A DNA stretch of 64,000 nt from Heteronotia binoei (taxonomy: Eukaryota), in contig NC_083241.1 in assembly GCF_032191835.1 (NCBI RefSeq), positions 1,178,001-1,242,000 of the forward strand. The letters are read 5' to 3'. Positions 23,356 through 34,288 of the stretch are shown here, piece after piece. Within the stretch, counting starts at the first letter, position 1, and each line of letters starts with the position of its first letter. A program made the position numbers and the translations under genes. The notes beneath the pieces were generated by a model. That model saw only the letters and a program-made list of their open reading frames with translations. It searched no databases and was not told the origin of the DNA.

Positions 23356-24427
23356 GAAGAAGAAGAAGATGATATTGGATTTATATCCCGCCCTCCACTC
23401 CGAAGAGTCTCAGAGTGGCTCACAATCTCCTTTCCCTTTCCTCCCCCACAACAGACACCCTGTGAGGTAGATGAAAATATTGGATTTATATCCCGCCCTC
23501 CACTCCGAAGAGTCTCAGAGTGGCTCACAATCTCCTTTCCCTTCCCTCCCCCACAACAGACACCCTGTGAGGTAGATGAAAATATTGGATTTATATCCCG
23601 CCCTCCACTCCGAAGAGTCTCAGAGCGGCTCACAATCTCCTTTACCTTCCTCCCCCACAACAGACACCCTGTGAGGTAGATGAAGATATTGGATTTATAT
23701 CCCGCCCTCCACTCCAAAGAGCCTCAGAGCGGCTCACAATCTCCTTTCCCTCCCCCCCCCCCCACAACAGACACCCTGTGACGTAGATGAAGATATTGGA
23801 TTTATATCCCGCCCTCCACTCCAAAGAGTCTCAGAGCGGCTCACAATCTCCTTTACTTTCCTCCCCCACAACAGACACCCTGTGAGGTAGATGAAGATAC
23901 TGGATTTATATCCTGCCCTCCACTCCGAAGAGTCTCAGAGCGGCTCACAATCTCCTTTCCCTTCCTCCCCCACAACAGACACCCTGTGAGGTAGATGAAG
24001 ATATTGGATTTATATCCCGCCCTCCATTCTGAAGAGTCTCAGAGCGGCTCACAATCTCCTTTACCTTCCTCCCCCACAACAGACACCCTGTGAGGTGGGT
24101 GGGGCTGGAAAGGGCTCTCACAGCAGCTGCCCTTTCAAGGACAACCTCTGCCAGAGCTATGGCTGACCCAAGGCCATTCCAGCAGGTGCAAGTGGAGGAG
24201 TGGGGAATCAAGCCCGGTTCTCCCAGATAAGAGGGCTCTGGCTGACCCAAGGCCATTCCAGCAGGTGCAAGTGGAGGAGTGGGGAATCAAATCTGGTTCT
24301 ACCAGATAAGAGAGCTCTGGCTGACCCAAGGCCATTCCGGCAGCTGCAAGTGGAGGAGTGGGGAATCAAACCCGGTTCTCCCAGATAAGAGTCCACACAC
24401 TTAGCCACTACACCAAACTGGCTCTCC
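23356..24427 (-). mobile_element. Squam3-like SINE with tail module x7 (about 105 bp, 23356-24100) and head module x3 (79 bp, 24165-24400)
   Basis: atattggatttatatcc at 23372, 23477, 23582, 23686, 23793, 23897 and 24001; three gataagag head modules; single 5' end gctctcc. Confidence 0.9.
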
Positions 24428-24881
24428 ATACCAAACTGGCATGAGCTACTAGAACATTCTTCTGTGCAAGCTCCACTCTGCAATGGAGGCTGCTGAGATT
24501 CTCAGTCTGTTATTTGGTGAGAAAATGCATGTGCCATCTCTCCAGATACCTATCAGAGGCACTTCACAAAGTCAAATCAACACTATCAAAAAAGCAATCA
24601 TGAAATGATTAATAGTTTTGGAAGATGTTCTTGCCAGCACGAGGACAAACACCAAGCAAAGGAGACCTGGGGTAATTATGTAGCTATGAAATACAAGAAA
24701 AGCCCCAGGGTAACAAAAGACTTGAATACTTAACAACACTCTTAAAGTATTAGATATTTGTAATTACAAACAACATATAAAGTAACAAAGCCCACTCTAA
24801 CAAGGAAAATTCTACGAACAAGAAATACAACAAGCTTTTCTTGTATTTTATAGCACAAGGGCAAAAGCGGAGTGCCAATAC

Positions 24882-25006
24882 CTTGTGAGTAGGACAGCAA
24901 CATCATGGTGTAGCGGGTGAGTGTCCCCTTTCACGTTGATGGCTTTCTGCCACTTACAAAAACTCCGCAGGGTGTTGTCTGCGTGGTGGGTGATTTTCAG
25001 GTCCTC
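24882..25006 (-). CDS. ADAMTS7: ADAMTS7 exon 6 ([21 protein letters not shown]...[10 protein letters not shown])
   Basis: tctgcag acceptor, GTATTG donor, 125 nt. Confidence 0.95.
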
Positions 25007-25289
25007 CTGCAGACACAAGGTTGGATACTCTCATTCAGTTAAATGTTTCGTGAACATACTGCATTCCTGTTCAGTGTGTCAGAATTCCCATCCTCCCACC
25101 CTTATCCAGATATCAGAATACTGTGAGGTGCTTCAGGTCTCACCAAGAGTTGGGGGCTTCTCAGAACTCTTTGGAAGGTCAGAGACCCTGGGGACAGACC
25201 TTGTGACTTGCATGCTGCACTACTGATGGAATGCAGTCAAGTAGCAGCTGAGTTATGGTGACTCGTTTTCCAGGCAAGAAACGAACAGG

Positions 25290-25570
25290 GTAGCAGGCCA
25301 TTGCCTGCCTCTGCGTAGCAACCCAGAACTTCCTTTGTGATCTCCCATCCAAGTATTAACTAGGACCAACCCTGCTTAGCTTCTGAGATGTGACGGGCCA
25401 TCTAGATCAGAACAGAGACACACAGAGATGGTTTGCCTTCGCCTGCCTCTCTGTAGCAACCCTGGACTTCCTTGGTGGTCTCTTATCAAAGTTCTAACCT
25501 GGACCGACCTTGCTTAGCTTTTGAGATCTGATGAGACTGGGCTACCCTGGCCCACCCAGGTCAGGCTGTT
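25290..25570 (-). mobile_element. Two tandem 5S rRNA-derived SINE (SINE3-type) copies
   Basis: tctcccatccaagtattaactaggaccaaccctgcttagcttctgagat is the reverse complement of the 5S internal promoter region; non-5S tail gaggcaggcaatgg. Degenerate, not a 5S gene. Confidence 0.78.
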
Positions 25571-25999
25571 GTCTTATGAGCACTTTTAAAAATATTATTG
25601 CCTGACCTGTATCCTTTTGAAGCCAGGTGAGCACTGCTTCTCTGGCTCATACTCCTGCAGCCACATGCACAATAAATATCAGTGCAACAACAACAAAACC
25701 TTTACTACTGTAAGCCATGGCTTGGAAATGTTCCCAAGCAATTGTACCTGCATTTTGCAGGCACCAGGATGACCATAGGCAAAGCCTAACAAACTGCTGT
25801 TGAAGGTAATCAGGAGACCAGAGGTCACTGCTAAAACACCAGACCACTTCACAGACTGAAAGGTTGAGTGTCTGGAAGCATCCCCCACAGAACTGGTGAG
25901 TATTCTAAGGGGGCATCATGTCAATCTTGTTTTTCTAGCACTGTCCTGGCATAAACAGCAAATACACCAGATTCAGGTAGGTAGCCACGCTGGTCTGAA

Positions 26000-26400
26000 G
26001 CGGCAGGACAAAGTTTGAGTTCAGGGGCATCTTGAAGACCAACCAAATCTAATTCTGGACATAAGCTTTCAAGTACATGCACTCTTCCTGAGATACACTG
26101 AAATGGAAATTACCACGCCATACATATAGGAAGAGCAGCAAATTAGCACACAACGTAATGAAAATGTTTTAACAGAGGCAAAGACCAAACATGTTTCTCC
26201 ACGAATTAAACCCAAACAAACGGCAACCATATAAACTAAGCTGGCTAATCCTGTTTGGTCTTTGAATCTGATAACCACCTTCATTATGCTGTATACTAAT
26301 TTGCTGTTCACCCTCTACCTACATGTATGGACTGGTAACTTCCATTTCATTGTGTCTGTAGAAGTATGCATGCACATGAAAGCTTATTATCCCCAGAGTC
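26000..26400. mobile_element. Penelope-type foldback (about 100-bp inverted arms, 26062-26161 and 26281-26387)
   Basis: ataagctttc..aaatggaaattacc..aattagc mirrored by ctaatttgc..ggtaacttccatttc..gaaagcttat; degraded hammerhead-like cores. Confidence 0.7.
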
Positions 26401-26444
26401 AAGCCCGGTTGATCTTAAAGCAAACATACTAGTCATTTTTCCTT

Positions 26445-27700
26445 CATAAGAACATAAGAGAAGCCATGTTGGATCAGGCTAGTGGCCCATCCAGTCCAAC
26501 ACTCTGTGTCACATAAGAACATAAGAGAAGCCCTGTTGGATCAGGCCAATGGCCCATCCAGTCCAACACTCTGTGTCACATAAGAACATAAGAGAAGCCA
26601 TGTTGGATCAGGCCAATGGCCCATCCAGTCCAACACTCTGTGTCACGTAAGAGAAGCCATGTTAGATCAGGCCAATGGCCCATCCAGTCCACCACTCTGT
26701 GTCACATAAGAACATAAGAGAAGCCCTGTTGGATCCGGCCAGTGGCCCATCCAGTCCAACACTCTGTGTCACAGAAGAACATAAGAGAAGCCATGTTGGA
26801 TCAGGCCAATGGCCCATCCAGTCCAACACTCTGTGTCACATAAGAAAAGCCATGTTGGATCAGGCCAGTGGCCCATCCAGTCCAACACTCTGTGTCACAT
26901 AAGAACATAAGAGAAGCCATGTTGGATCAGGCCAATGGCCCATCCAGTCCAACACTCTGTGTCACAGAAGAACATAAGAGAAGCTATGTTGGATCAGGCC
27001 AATGGCCCATCCAGTCCAACACTCTGTGTCACATAAGAACATAAGAGAAGCCATGTTGGATCAGGCCAATGGCCCATCCAGTCCAACACTCTGTGTCACA
27101 GAAGAACCTAAGAGAAGCCATGTTGGATCAGGCTAATGGCCCATCCAGTCCAACACTTTGTGTCACATAAGAACATAAGAGAAGCCTTGTTGGATCAGGC
27201 CAGTGGCCCATCCAGTCCAACACTCTGTGTCACATAAGAACATAAGAGAAGCCATGTTAGATCAGGCCAATGGCCCATCCAGTCCAACACTCTGTGTCAC
27301 ATAAGAACATAAGAGAAGCCCTGTTGGATCAGGCCAATGGCCCCTCCAGTCCAACATTCTGTGTCACAGAAGAACATAAGAGAAGCCATGTTGGATCAGG
27401 CCAATGACCCATCCAGTCCAACACTTTGTGTCACAGAAGAACATAAGAGAAGCCATGTTGGATCAGGCCAATGGCCCATCCAGTCCAACACTCTGTGTCA
27501 CACAGTGGCCAAAAAAACCCCAGGTGCCACCAAGAGGTCCACCAGTGGGGCTAGAATTCCTTCCACTGTGCCCCCCCCCAAAGCACAAGATACAGAGCAT
27601 CACTGCTTCAGACAACAATATACTGTGGCTAATAGCCACTGATGGGCCTCTGCTCCATATGCTTATCCATTCCCCTCTTGAACCTGGATATACTTGTAGT
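26445..27700 (-). mobile_element. CR1 LINE 3' fragment with its terminal 67 bp repeated 16 times (26445-27500)
   Basis: 16 tccaacact-type modules; body truncated at about 27700 (FKRGMDKHMEQRPISGY). Confidence 0.92.
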
Positions 27701-27733
27701 CAAGCATAGACAGTCATTTTTCCTTCTGTTTAC

Positions 27734-27817
27734 CTCCTCCTCTTCTAGAAAGATGAGGCGCACAATGGAAATGTGGATGGGGTTACCAATGCTGGCGTCA
27801 TGGAATAAACCTGCCAC
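27734..27817 (-). CDS. ADAMTS7: ADAMTS7 exon 5 (VAGLFHDASIGNPIHISIVRLIFLEEEE)
   Basis: Poly-C tract plus cag acceptor, GTAAAC donor, 84 nt. Confidence 0.95.
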
Positions 27818-28063
27818 CTGGGGGGGGGGGGGGGAAACAACAACAACAGAAGAAGAAGAAATTGTGACAAAGATAGTTCTGCAAGCAGGTGTCACTCACA
27901 GGACCCTTTGCAGGACAATGCCCTGAGGTATGCTGGGCTCTGGGTGGCTCAGCAGAAATGAATACTGGAGGAGCAATCCAGGTGCTTCAAACTGGATTGC
28001 CCTACAAATTGGATCTCCTTCCTCCTACAAAATCCCCCTCGCCATGTCCCCTCCTGCACTCAC

Positions 28064-28251
28064 CATGTTCATGACAGTCAGGACATACTTCTCCACATTC
28101 TCACTCCCGTGGTACTCCACCATCTTGGTGTCGGCAACCACCAAGGTCTCCACCCACTTCTCCTTGCTGATGGAGCGCTGCTTAATCTGTCGCTTCCTCT
28201 GCTGCTTCTGTTCCCACCTCTCTCTCCGCTTCTCAGACTTCTTAAGGCTTT
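28064..28251 (-). CDS. ADAMTS7: ADAMTS7 exon 4 ([15 protein letters not shown]...[18 protein letters not shown]...VMNM)
   Basis: ttccaag acceptor, GTGAGT donor, 188 nt, covers the prodomain/catalytic junction. Confidence 0.94.
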
Positions 28252-30169
28252 CTTGGAATTCAAAGAAGAAAAGAAAGCGATGAGAAGTCTGGGGCCAGAA
28301 TGACTTTGACAGGACACCAGCAGCCCTCCGCAACCCCCTCCTCTTCCAGAATGGAGATCCGTGTTTTTCCTCCCTCCCTCCTTTCTCCTCCACCTCCTCA
28401 CCTGTCGCTCAAGTCTCAGGCAGGTACAGGACTGAACAGAAGAACAGCTTTACACCTTGTGTGGACCTTCTGCATAGGAACACGTTCTATAGAAACCATC
28501 ACAAATGACCCAAAGATGCTTTGGTGAGGAATGTGGCACCCAGATTGCAGACAGGCACTCCTTACAGAGAACATGTTATTCCCACCTAGAGGAAAACTGC
28601 CTGCTGATTTGTTTCCATGCCCAATTCAAGGGGTTGGCTTAGGACTTGAAAGCTCTAATAGCCTGCGAATAAATCATCTGAAGGGCTGTCTGTTTCCATA
28701 CATTCTTGTCCATCAATGTAGGCCTTTGTCACCTTCCCTCTGAGGCAGGCAGACAGTTACAAGCAGCAGGGCCTTTTTAGACATGGCACCCTAGCTGAGG
28801 ATTGTTTTCCCCACCAAGTTACTCAGCTGGCATAGATTCTGGTACGGATCTGGAGAAGAAGGCTTTTGGTTAACTGGGGTGCTGCTCAGTTCACATTCAC
28901 TGTTTATTTTGTTATTCTTTCGGGGGGGGGGGTTGGTTTGTTCTCTTAATTCTCTTAATTTAGTTGTTGTTGTTTTTTGCAGGGTTTTAATTACTTAATT
29001 CCACTCTTCTGCTTTGATTTTGTTGCTCTGCTGTTGAGGAATCGACACTTATTGCCATTTTAAGGACACAAAGCTGAGAGTGCTTCGGGAGCCATCTAAG
29101 CATTATGCTGATGCAGCTCAATTTAATGCAACCACCACAAGAGCTACACTGGTGGATCCCCCACTGGGCAGCAGCTGGGTATTGTCACTGCCCGCAGGAC
29201 TGCGAGGCCTGACTATTTTGCTGTTATTGTGGTGTGGGGTGTGGGTGTTATATTTTTATCTTTTTTTGTAAGCTGCCCCAAGAACCTTTGGGTTTGGGAG
29301 GGGAAGGGATACAAAAAAAATTAAAATAAATTAACCACAACCATACCCTGACTGGTGTGAAACTTTCATGAGTGCAGATTAAAACTTCTGAATTTTGTTT
29401 GAGGGAAAAATAACTAAAAGCAATCCTTAGTTTTTGCACACAACAAGCTGCCGTCTTTGAAGAAGAGCTGGCTTTTAACAGAAATGTGTTTCCTGTGAGG
29501 GGATTTCATCTGCTACTAAGCAGGGTCTTGACCTGAAGTGAATTCCACATTCAGACCCTGCCAGGCAGGCAAGTCCACGCAGAATCACCCAAATCTCCAC
29601 AACAGGGTGATGTGGATAAAGAGCATGGGCACCAGGAAGGAGCAGTGAGGGAGAGAGACGGCCTTCCGGGGAGGAGAGGAGTGCCTCCTCACACACCATC
29701 TCCCCACTCTGACCGCACCCCAATCATGTGGGCAGCCACTACGAGCTCTAAAAAAGAACTTTTGGAACCACACCCACTCAGAAATTCTGAAAATGCCTCT
29801 CTGAATCACATCCAAAGGCTTAGGCGTTCCTCGCATCACAGTCTTTCAGATCACTTGGTGCTTAACTTAAATAAAGGGGAGATCTTTAAAATGGTGTCAG
29901 TTCAGGTGACACATTCTGGCACAGCCTCCTGTTTCTGTTCTGTCTTGTAGTCAACCTGAACCCTGTTTTGCTCCTGTCTAGATCTGGTCTCACCACACGC
30001 TATCAGGGAATCGCCGTGTCTTTGCGTGGCCTGTTTTTATTAGCCTTCTTCCTGAGAGACAGAACCCTGTGTTCCTTCCCGTGACAGCAGATTTTGTCTG
30101 AATTATGAGATAGTTATTTAGTGCATTTTTATGACCCTTCTCCAGGGAAACCTGCCCAAGACAATTTAT

Positions 30170-31280
30170 GGATTACCTAACACCCTTATGGAGGAGAAGT
30201 CTAAAAGCAGCCATGGTGACTAAAAGGAACCTCCATGTTCAGAGACAGTCAACCTCGGAATCCCAGAGGAATCCCAAGGAAGACCTTGGCCTTTATGCCC
30301 TGTTGTTGGCCTTCCAGAGGAACTGGCTGGTCACTGTGTGAGACAGGAGGCTGGACTAGATGGACCCTCCCTAGTCTGATCCAGCAGGACTCTTCTGAGG
30401 TTCTTCTCAAAGGAAGGCCTCAGCCTCTTTGCCCTGTTGTTGGCCCTCCAGAGGAACTGGCTGGCCACTGCGTGAGACAGGATGCTGGACTAGATGGACC
30501 CTCCCTGGTCTGACCCAGCAGGTTCTTCTCAGAGGAAGGCCTCAGCCTCCATGCCCTGTTGTTGGCCCTCCAGAGGAACTGGCTGGCCACTGTGTGAGAC
30601 AGGATGCTGGACTAGATGGACCCTCACTGGTCTGATCCAGCAGGGCTCTTCTCAGAGGAAGAGGTTCTTCTCAGAGGAAGGCCTCAGCCTCCATGCCCTG
30701 TTGTTGGCCCTCCAGAGGAACTGGCTGGCCACTGCGTGAGACAGGATGCTGGAATAGATGGGCCTTCACTGGTCTGATCCAGCAGGGCTGAGGTTCTTCT
30801 CAAGGGAAGGCCTCAACCTCCATGCCCTGTTGTTGGCCCTCCAGAGGAACTGACTGGCCACTGTGTGAGACAGGAGGCTGGACTAGATGGACCCTCCCTG
30901 GTCTGATCCAGCAGGACTCTTCTGAGGTTCTTCTCAGGGGAAGGCCTCAGCCTCTCTGCCCTGTTGTTGGCCCTCCAGAGGAACTGGTTGGCCTCTGTGT
31001 GAGAGAGAAGGCTGGACTAGATGGACCCTCCCTGGTCTGATCCAGCAGGACTCTTCTGAGGTTCTTCTCAGGGGAAGGCCTCAGCCTCTTTGCCCTGTTG
31101 TTGGCCCTCCAGAGGAACTGGCCGGCCACTGCGTGAGACAGGATGCTGGACTAGATGGACCCTCCCTGGTCTGAACCAGCAGGGTTCTTCTCAGAGGAAG
31201 GCCTCAACCTCCATGCCCTGTTGTTGGCCCTCCAGAGGAACGGCTGGCCACTGTGTGAGACAGGAAGCTGGACTAGATGT
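30170..31280 (+). mobile_element. CR1 (second subfamily) 3' end with an about 121-145 bp terminal module repeated 8 times
   Basis: gccctgttgttggcc x8 (30298-31215); each unit carries the tgctgga..tccagca stem-loop. Confidence 0.85.
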
Positions 31281-31541
31281 TCTCCTTTTGTGATCCTAAA
31301 ATTTAATTGACGACTGATGCTCATTCAAGCTTGTCCTTCACAGGGTCAGGCCCATTTTGATAAGTTTATTTTAGATTTGTAAAAATGAAGGAATTGCATG
31401 GCTTAATTCAAGATAAACCAAGATGAAGTGTGAGGTGCTTTTCATATAGTCAGAAAGTCATGCTTTTAAAATACAGGGAAGAAGACGGAAACTCAGCATT
31501 ACACAGCAACAGTTGGGCAGCTGTTCAGGAGACAACATTAC

Positions 31542-31725
31542 CTTGCACTCCACACATCCTGACATCTGCGGGCTTGGTGTTTGCTACAGCAATGAGTTCT
31601 TCTGCCTCATATTCGGAAATGCTGCGTCGATAGATCCTGTGCAGCTGGGCAGCATTCTCCCGCGGCTGGCTAGCAGGCAGCGGCTCAATAAAGAAATCTT
31701 GGTTAGCCAGCTGGAAGACACCTTT
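31542..31725 (-). CDS. ADAMTS7: ADAMTS7 exon 3 (KGVFQLANQDFFIEP...RMCGVQ)
   Basis: ctctccag acceptor, GTAATG donor, 184 nt. Not in the ORF track; translated by hand. Confidence 0.93.
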
Positions 31726-31996
31726 CTGGAGAGGGTGAGAAGAGCACAGGAAACGTCAGCGCTTGGGTTTGGCAGGATTCTGCACCACCACTCATGGCTT
31801 GTTTAGCTTCAGCTCAAATGGATCAAACCGGGAGAAATGAAAGCACAAAGCAAAGTGCCAAGCTGTAAGTGTCATCCAGAGTTTTGCCACAATGCCTTCT
31901 CCAGTCCGGAGTGCACGAGTTAACAAGCCATCCAAGTTGACTGAGTACTTAGTTAAAAAAAACGAGGATTCCGACAAAATGCTTTCCCTCTTCAGT

Positions 31997-32173
31997 TAGG
32001 GTTGCCAGCGTTTTCACTGGACCTGCTCCAGTGCCTTTAACAACCTCACACGCAGCCGAAGAGTTCCTTTACTTGCTTTCCATGCCAAGAACAGCTTCAC
32101 CTGTTGCACTTCTGCTTCTCAGGCTGATGTTAGAGGCACAGCACTGAGGCCAGTCAAGAAGCTGGCAACCCAA
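31997..32173. mobile_element. Short hAT-type MITE
   Basis: TAGGGTTGCCA ... TGGCAACCCAA termini; TSD degenerate. Confidence 0.6.
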
Positions 32174-32691
32174 CTCCAGCCGTGAGGAATAGTTCTGCTG
32201 GGAGCTCTACACACAATAAAGCGAGAAATGAAAAACAGCCAAGGTTGATCCTTTGGCTCTACACCCAGCTAAGAGAGGCATCCCATGATATCACTTTGAC
32301 CAACCCCTTGAAGGGTGGACACTTCCAGGATCAACACGGGTCCCTGGGGGGTAAACAGTTATAAGAGCAGAATAAGTCCTGCAGAAGAGGAACTATGTTT
32401 TGAATGAAATGTTCTGCAAGAATGTGTTTTGAAGCTTTTTCTAAAAATGAAATGCATTCGTGGGAAGGGCGCGATATAAATCTCAAATAAATAAATAAAT
32501 AAATTTCAAAAAAAATAACTTGAAAAGGACATGGAACATATGACACACAATAACATTTGCTGCACCAGATGTTGGACAAAAAAATAAGGTACCCAAGAAG
32601 CAATTAACAAGGCTTGATCCTCTCACATATCTGACAGAGATCTGTCTCTGCAGCTCCAAACCATAAATACCACGGAACCCAAGAGGCTTAC

Positions 32692-33050
32692 CAGCCCATC
32701 GCAGGTGCTGAGCGCAGCCAGTCCACTTCCCCATTCCTCGTTCTGAACCGACCCAATCATGTGGCAAGGGTTCTGCCCGTCAGCCCGGATCTTGGCACGA
32801 GCGATTCCTCCATATCGCCTCTCACTAACAAAGCCCGGAGCCAGAAGGTGGCTGTTCAGGTGCAAGTCGAAGCTCAGCTGATGTCCCCGGTGGTGCAGCT
32901 TGTAGAAGGACCGCAAGGAGTTCTGAGAGGAAATGGCCCTTTTGTAGAGGAAACGGTGGGATAGGTTGTAGGAGAGAAAGACTCCCCTCTCGTTCACCTT
33001 GACAGGATGGACAATATCGTAGTCAGAGTCTTTTGTGTGCAGGGATCCTG
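32692..33050 (-). CDS. ADAMTS7: ADAMTS7 exon 2, prodomain (DIVHPVKVNERGVFLSY...AALSTCDGL)
   Basis: Acceptor cacag|CAG|GAT (tandem acceptor, alternative start 33047), donor GTAAGC, 359 nt. Confidence 0.93.
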
Positions 33051-33399
33051 CTGTGAAAAAGATGTCAGAATTATCAGCCTGCAAGAGAAAGCACGGTCCC
33101 TCGCGAAGGGCATTCTGACGGGGAGAGGGATGCAGGAACACTGCCGCTGACCTGAAGTCACAGAGCCCCTCAGCTGCAAGCAGAGGGGAGTCCCATGAAG
33201 AAGGAGAAAAGACATGTCAGTTCCAACTCCAAACAGGGCAAAGCACCTCAGGGGATGCTAAATGCAAAAAGTGCTGGGAGGAGCGGGGGCTGCTTTTGCT
33301 CCATGCTACTTGCCGGATCATTTAAAGTTCTGGAGGTTTTAAAGCTGGTGGAGACAAGAGCGTGAGATGGAAGAACTCCAGCAGCAGAGCCTTTTCAGT

Positions 33400-34100
33400 G
33401 CGTCCCCTCCTGCCCTTGGAGGAAAGGGCTCCTTGTCCCTAGCAGGAGAGGCTGGACCTGAAGTTCAGCCAAGAGGCGCAGCCTCCCCAGGGCCCCGATC
33501 CTGCACCCTGAAAGGAGCCAGGGGTGCCTTGCTCACCTCCCCCATTCCGACCCCCACCCCCACCCAGAGGAGTTTTGCACCCCCGGCGGCTGCAAGAGCA
33601 GAGGGCCCCCTCCGGGATCCGTTCCGGGCCTGGCCTCTTCCTCCGACTGCCCAGCTCCGGACCCAAGGAAGGGGCTGGCTGGCCGAGCCGTGGATCAGGC
33701 GGCCTCCGGGTGTCGCTGCTGCTGCGCCCCAGCCGGGGCGAGGAGAGCTCCACGAGGGGCCGAGGTCCTCTTGCAGCAGGGCGCAAAGCGAGGGGCGCAG
33801 CAGCAGCAGCAGGAAGCAGAAAGGGGGCCGCTGCCCGGGGAAGGAGGGGCACTCACCGCGGCAGCCGCCGCCCAGCAGGGCCCCGAGCAGGGCGGCCGAG
33901 GCCAGCAGCAGGCCCAGGGCCATGCCGGCCGGTCCCGGGGATGCCCTTGCAGCCGCCGCTTCCCGCTCGGCTCGGCTCGGCTCCGCGCAGCAGCCCCGCC
34001 GCCTGCCTGGCCCCGCCCCCCGCCCAGGCAAAGCCTCTGAAGCGACGCCCCCTCCCCACTAGCTTCCTGCCCATGGGTTGCCAGCCTCCCGGTGGGGCCT
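33400..34100 (-). promoter_or_regulatory. ADAMTS7 CpG island / promoter and 5' UTR
   Basis: GC/CpG-rich block around exon 1, GC boxes near 34010-34025, (CTCGG)3 in the putative 5' UTR. Confidence 0.7.
33857..33923 (-). CDS. ADAMTS7: ADAMTS7 exon 1, signal peptide MALGLLLASAALLGALLGGGCR
   Basis: ATG at 33923, hydrophobic leader, donor GTGAGT at 33856, 67 nt (phase 1), within a CpG island. Confidence 0.85.
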
Positions 34101-34288
34101 GAGAAACCCTGATGTGCCCTGGTGATCTCCAGGCGACAGCCCCTCCCCTCTCCAGGAATGTCACAGCCCAGAGTCTGCAACCCCTTGGAGCACCCCAGGA
34201 GATGGAGCAGGGGACTCCCTGCTACCCAGAGATGAAAAGCCTGTGCTGCAAGGATGTCAGATGGGGGGGGGGGATCTCAGCAACACCA
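34074..34288. mobile_element. Degenerate hAT-type MITE about 150 bp upstream of the ADAMTS7 ATG
   Basis: (a)tgggttgccagcctcc..gtggggcct..gatctcc start, degenerate cagcaacacca end. Confidence 0.45.

Larger units (their letters stand above)
1401..33923 (-). other. ADAMTS7: ADAMTS7 gene, coding exons 1-15 (signal peptide, prodomain, M12B metalloprotease, disintegrin-like, TSR1, Cys-rich, spacer); 3' part lies outside the window
   Basis: 15 GT-AG exons join in frame (2355 nt). Zinc motif HELGHSFGIQHD, Met-turn FIMSP, cysteine-switch-like MCGV. Peptides closely match recalled human ADAMTS7. Adjacency to MORF4L1 matches the known human arrangement. Confidence 0.96.

Noticed and set aside
29700-29810. 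- strand RGIFRISEW after a cag, resembling the start of ADAMTS7 exon 3 (KGVFQL)
   Set aside because: Similarity ends after about 7 residues; the true exon 3 is at 31542-31725.
33367-34180. Long overlapping GC-rich ORFs around the ADAMTS7 start (and 37782-39226 around MORF4L1), including a TTG-initiated N-terminal extension from 34031
   Set aside because: Expected stop-codon scarcity in CpG islands; low-complexity Pro/Arg/Gly/Ala translations. The ATG at 33923 already gives a proper signal peptide.
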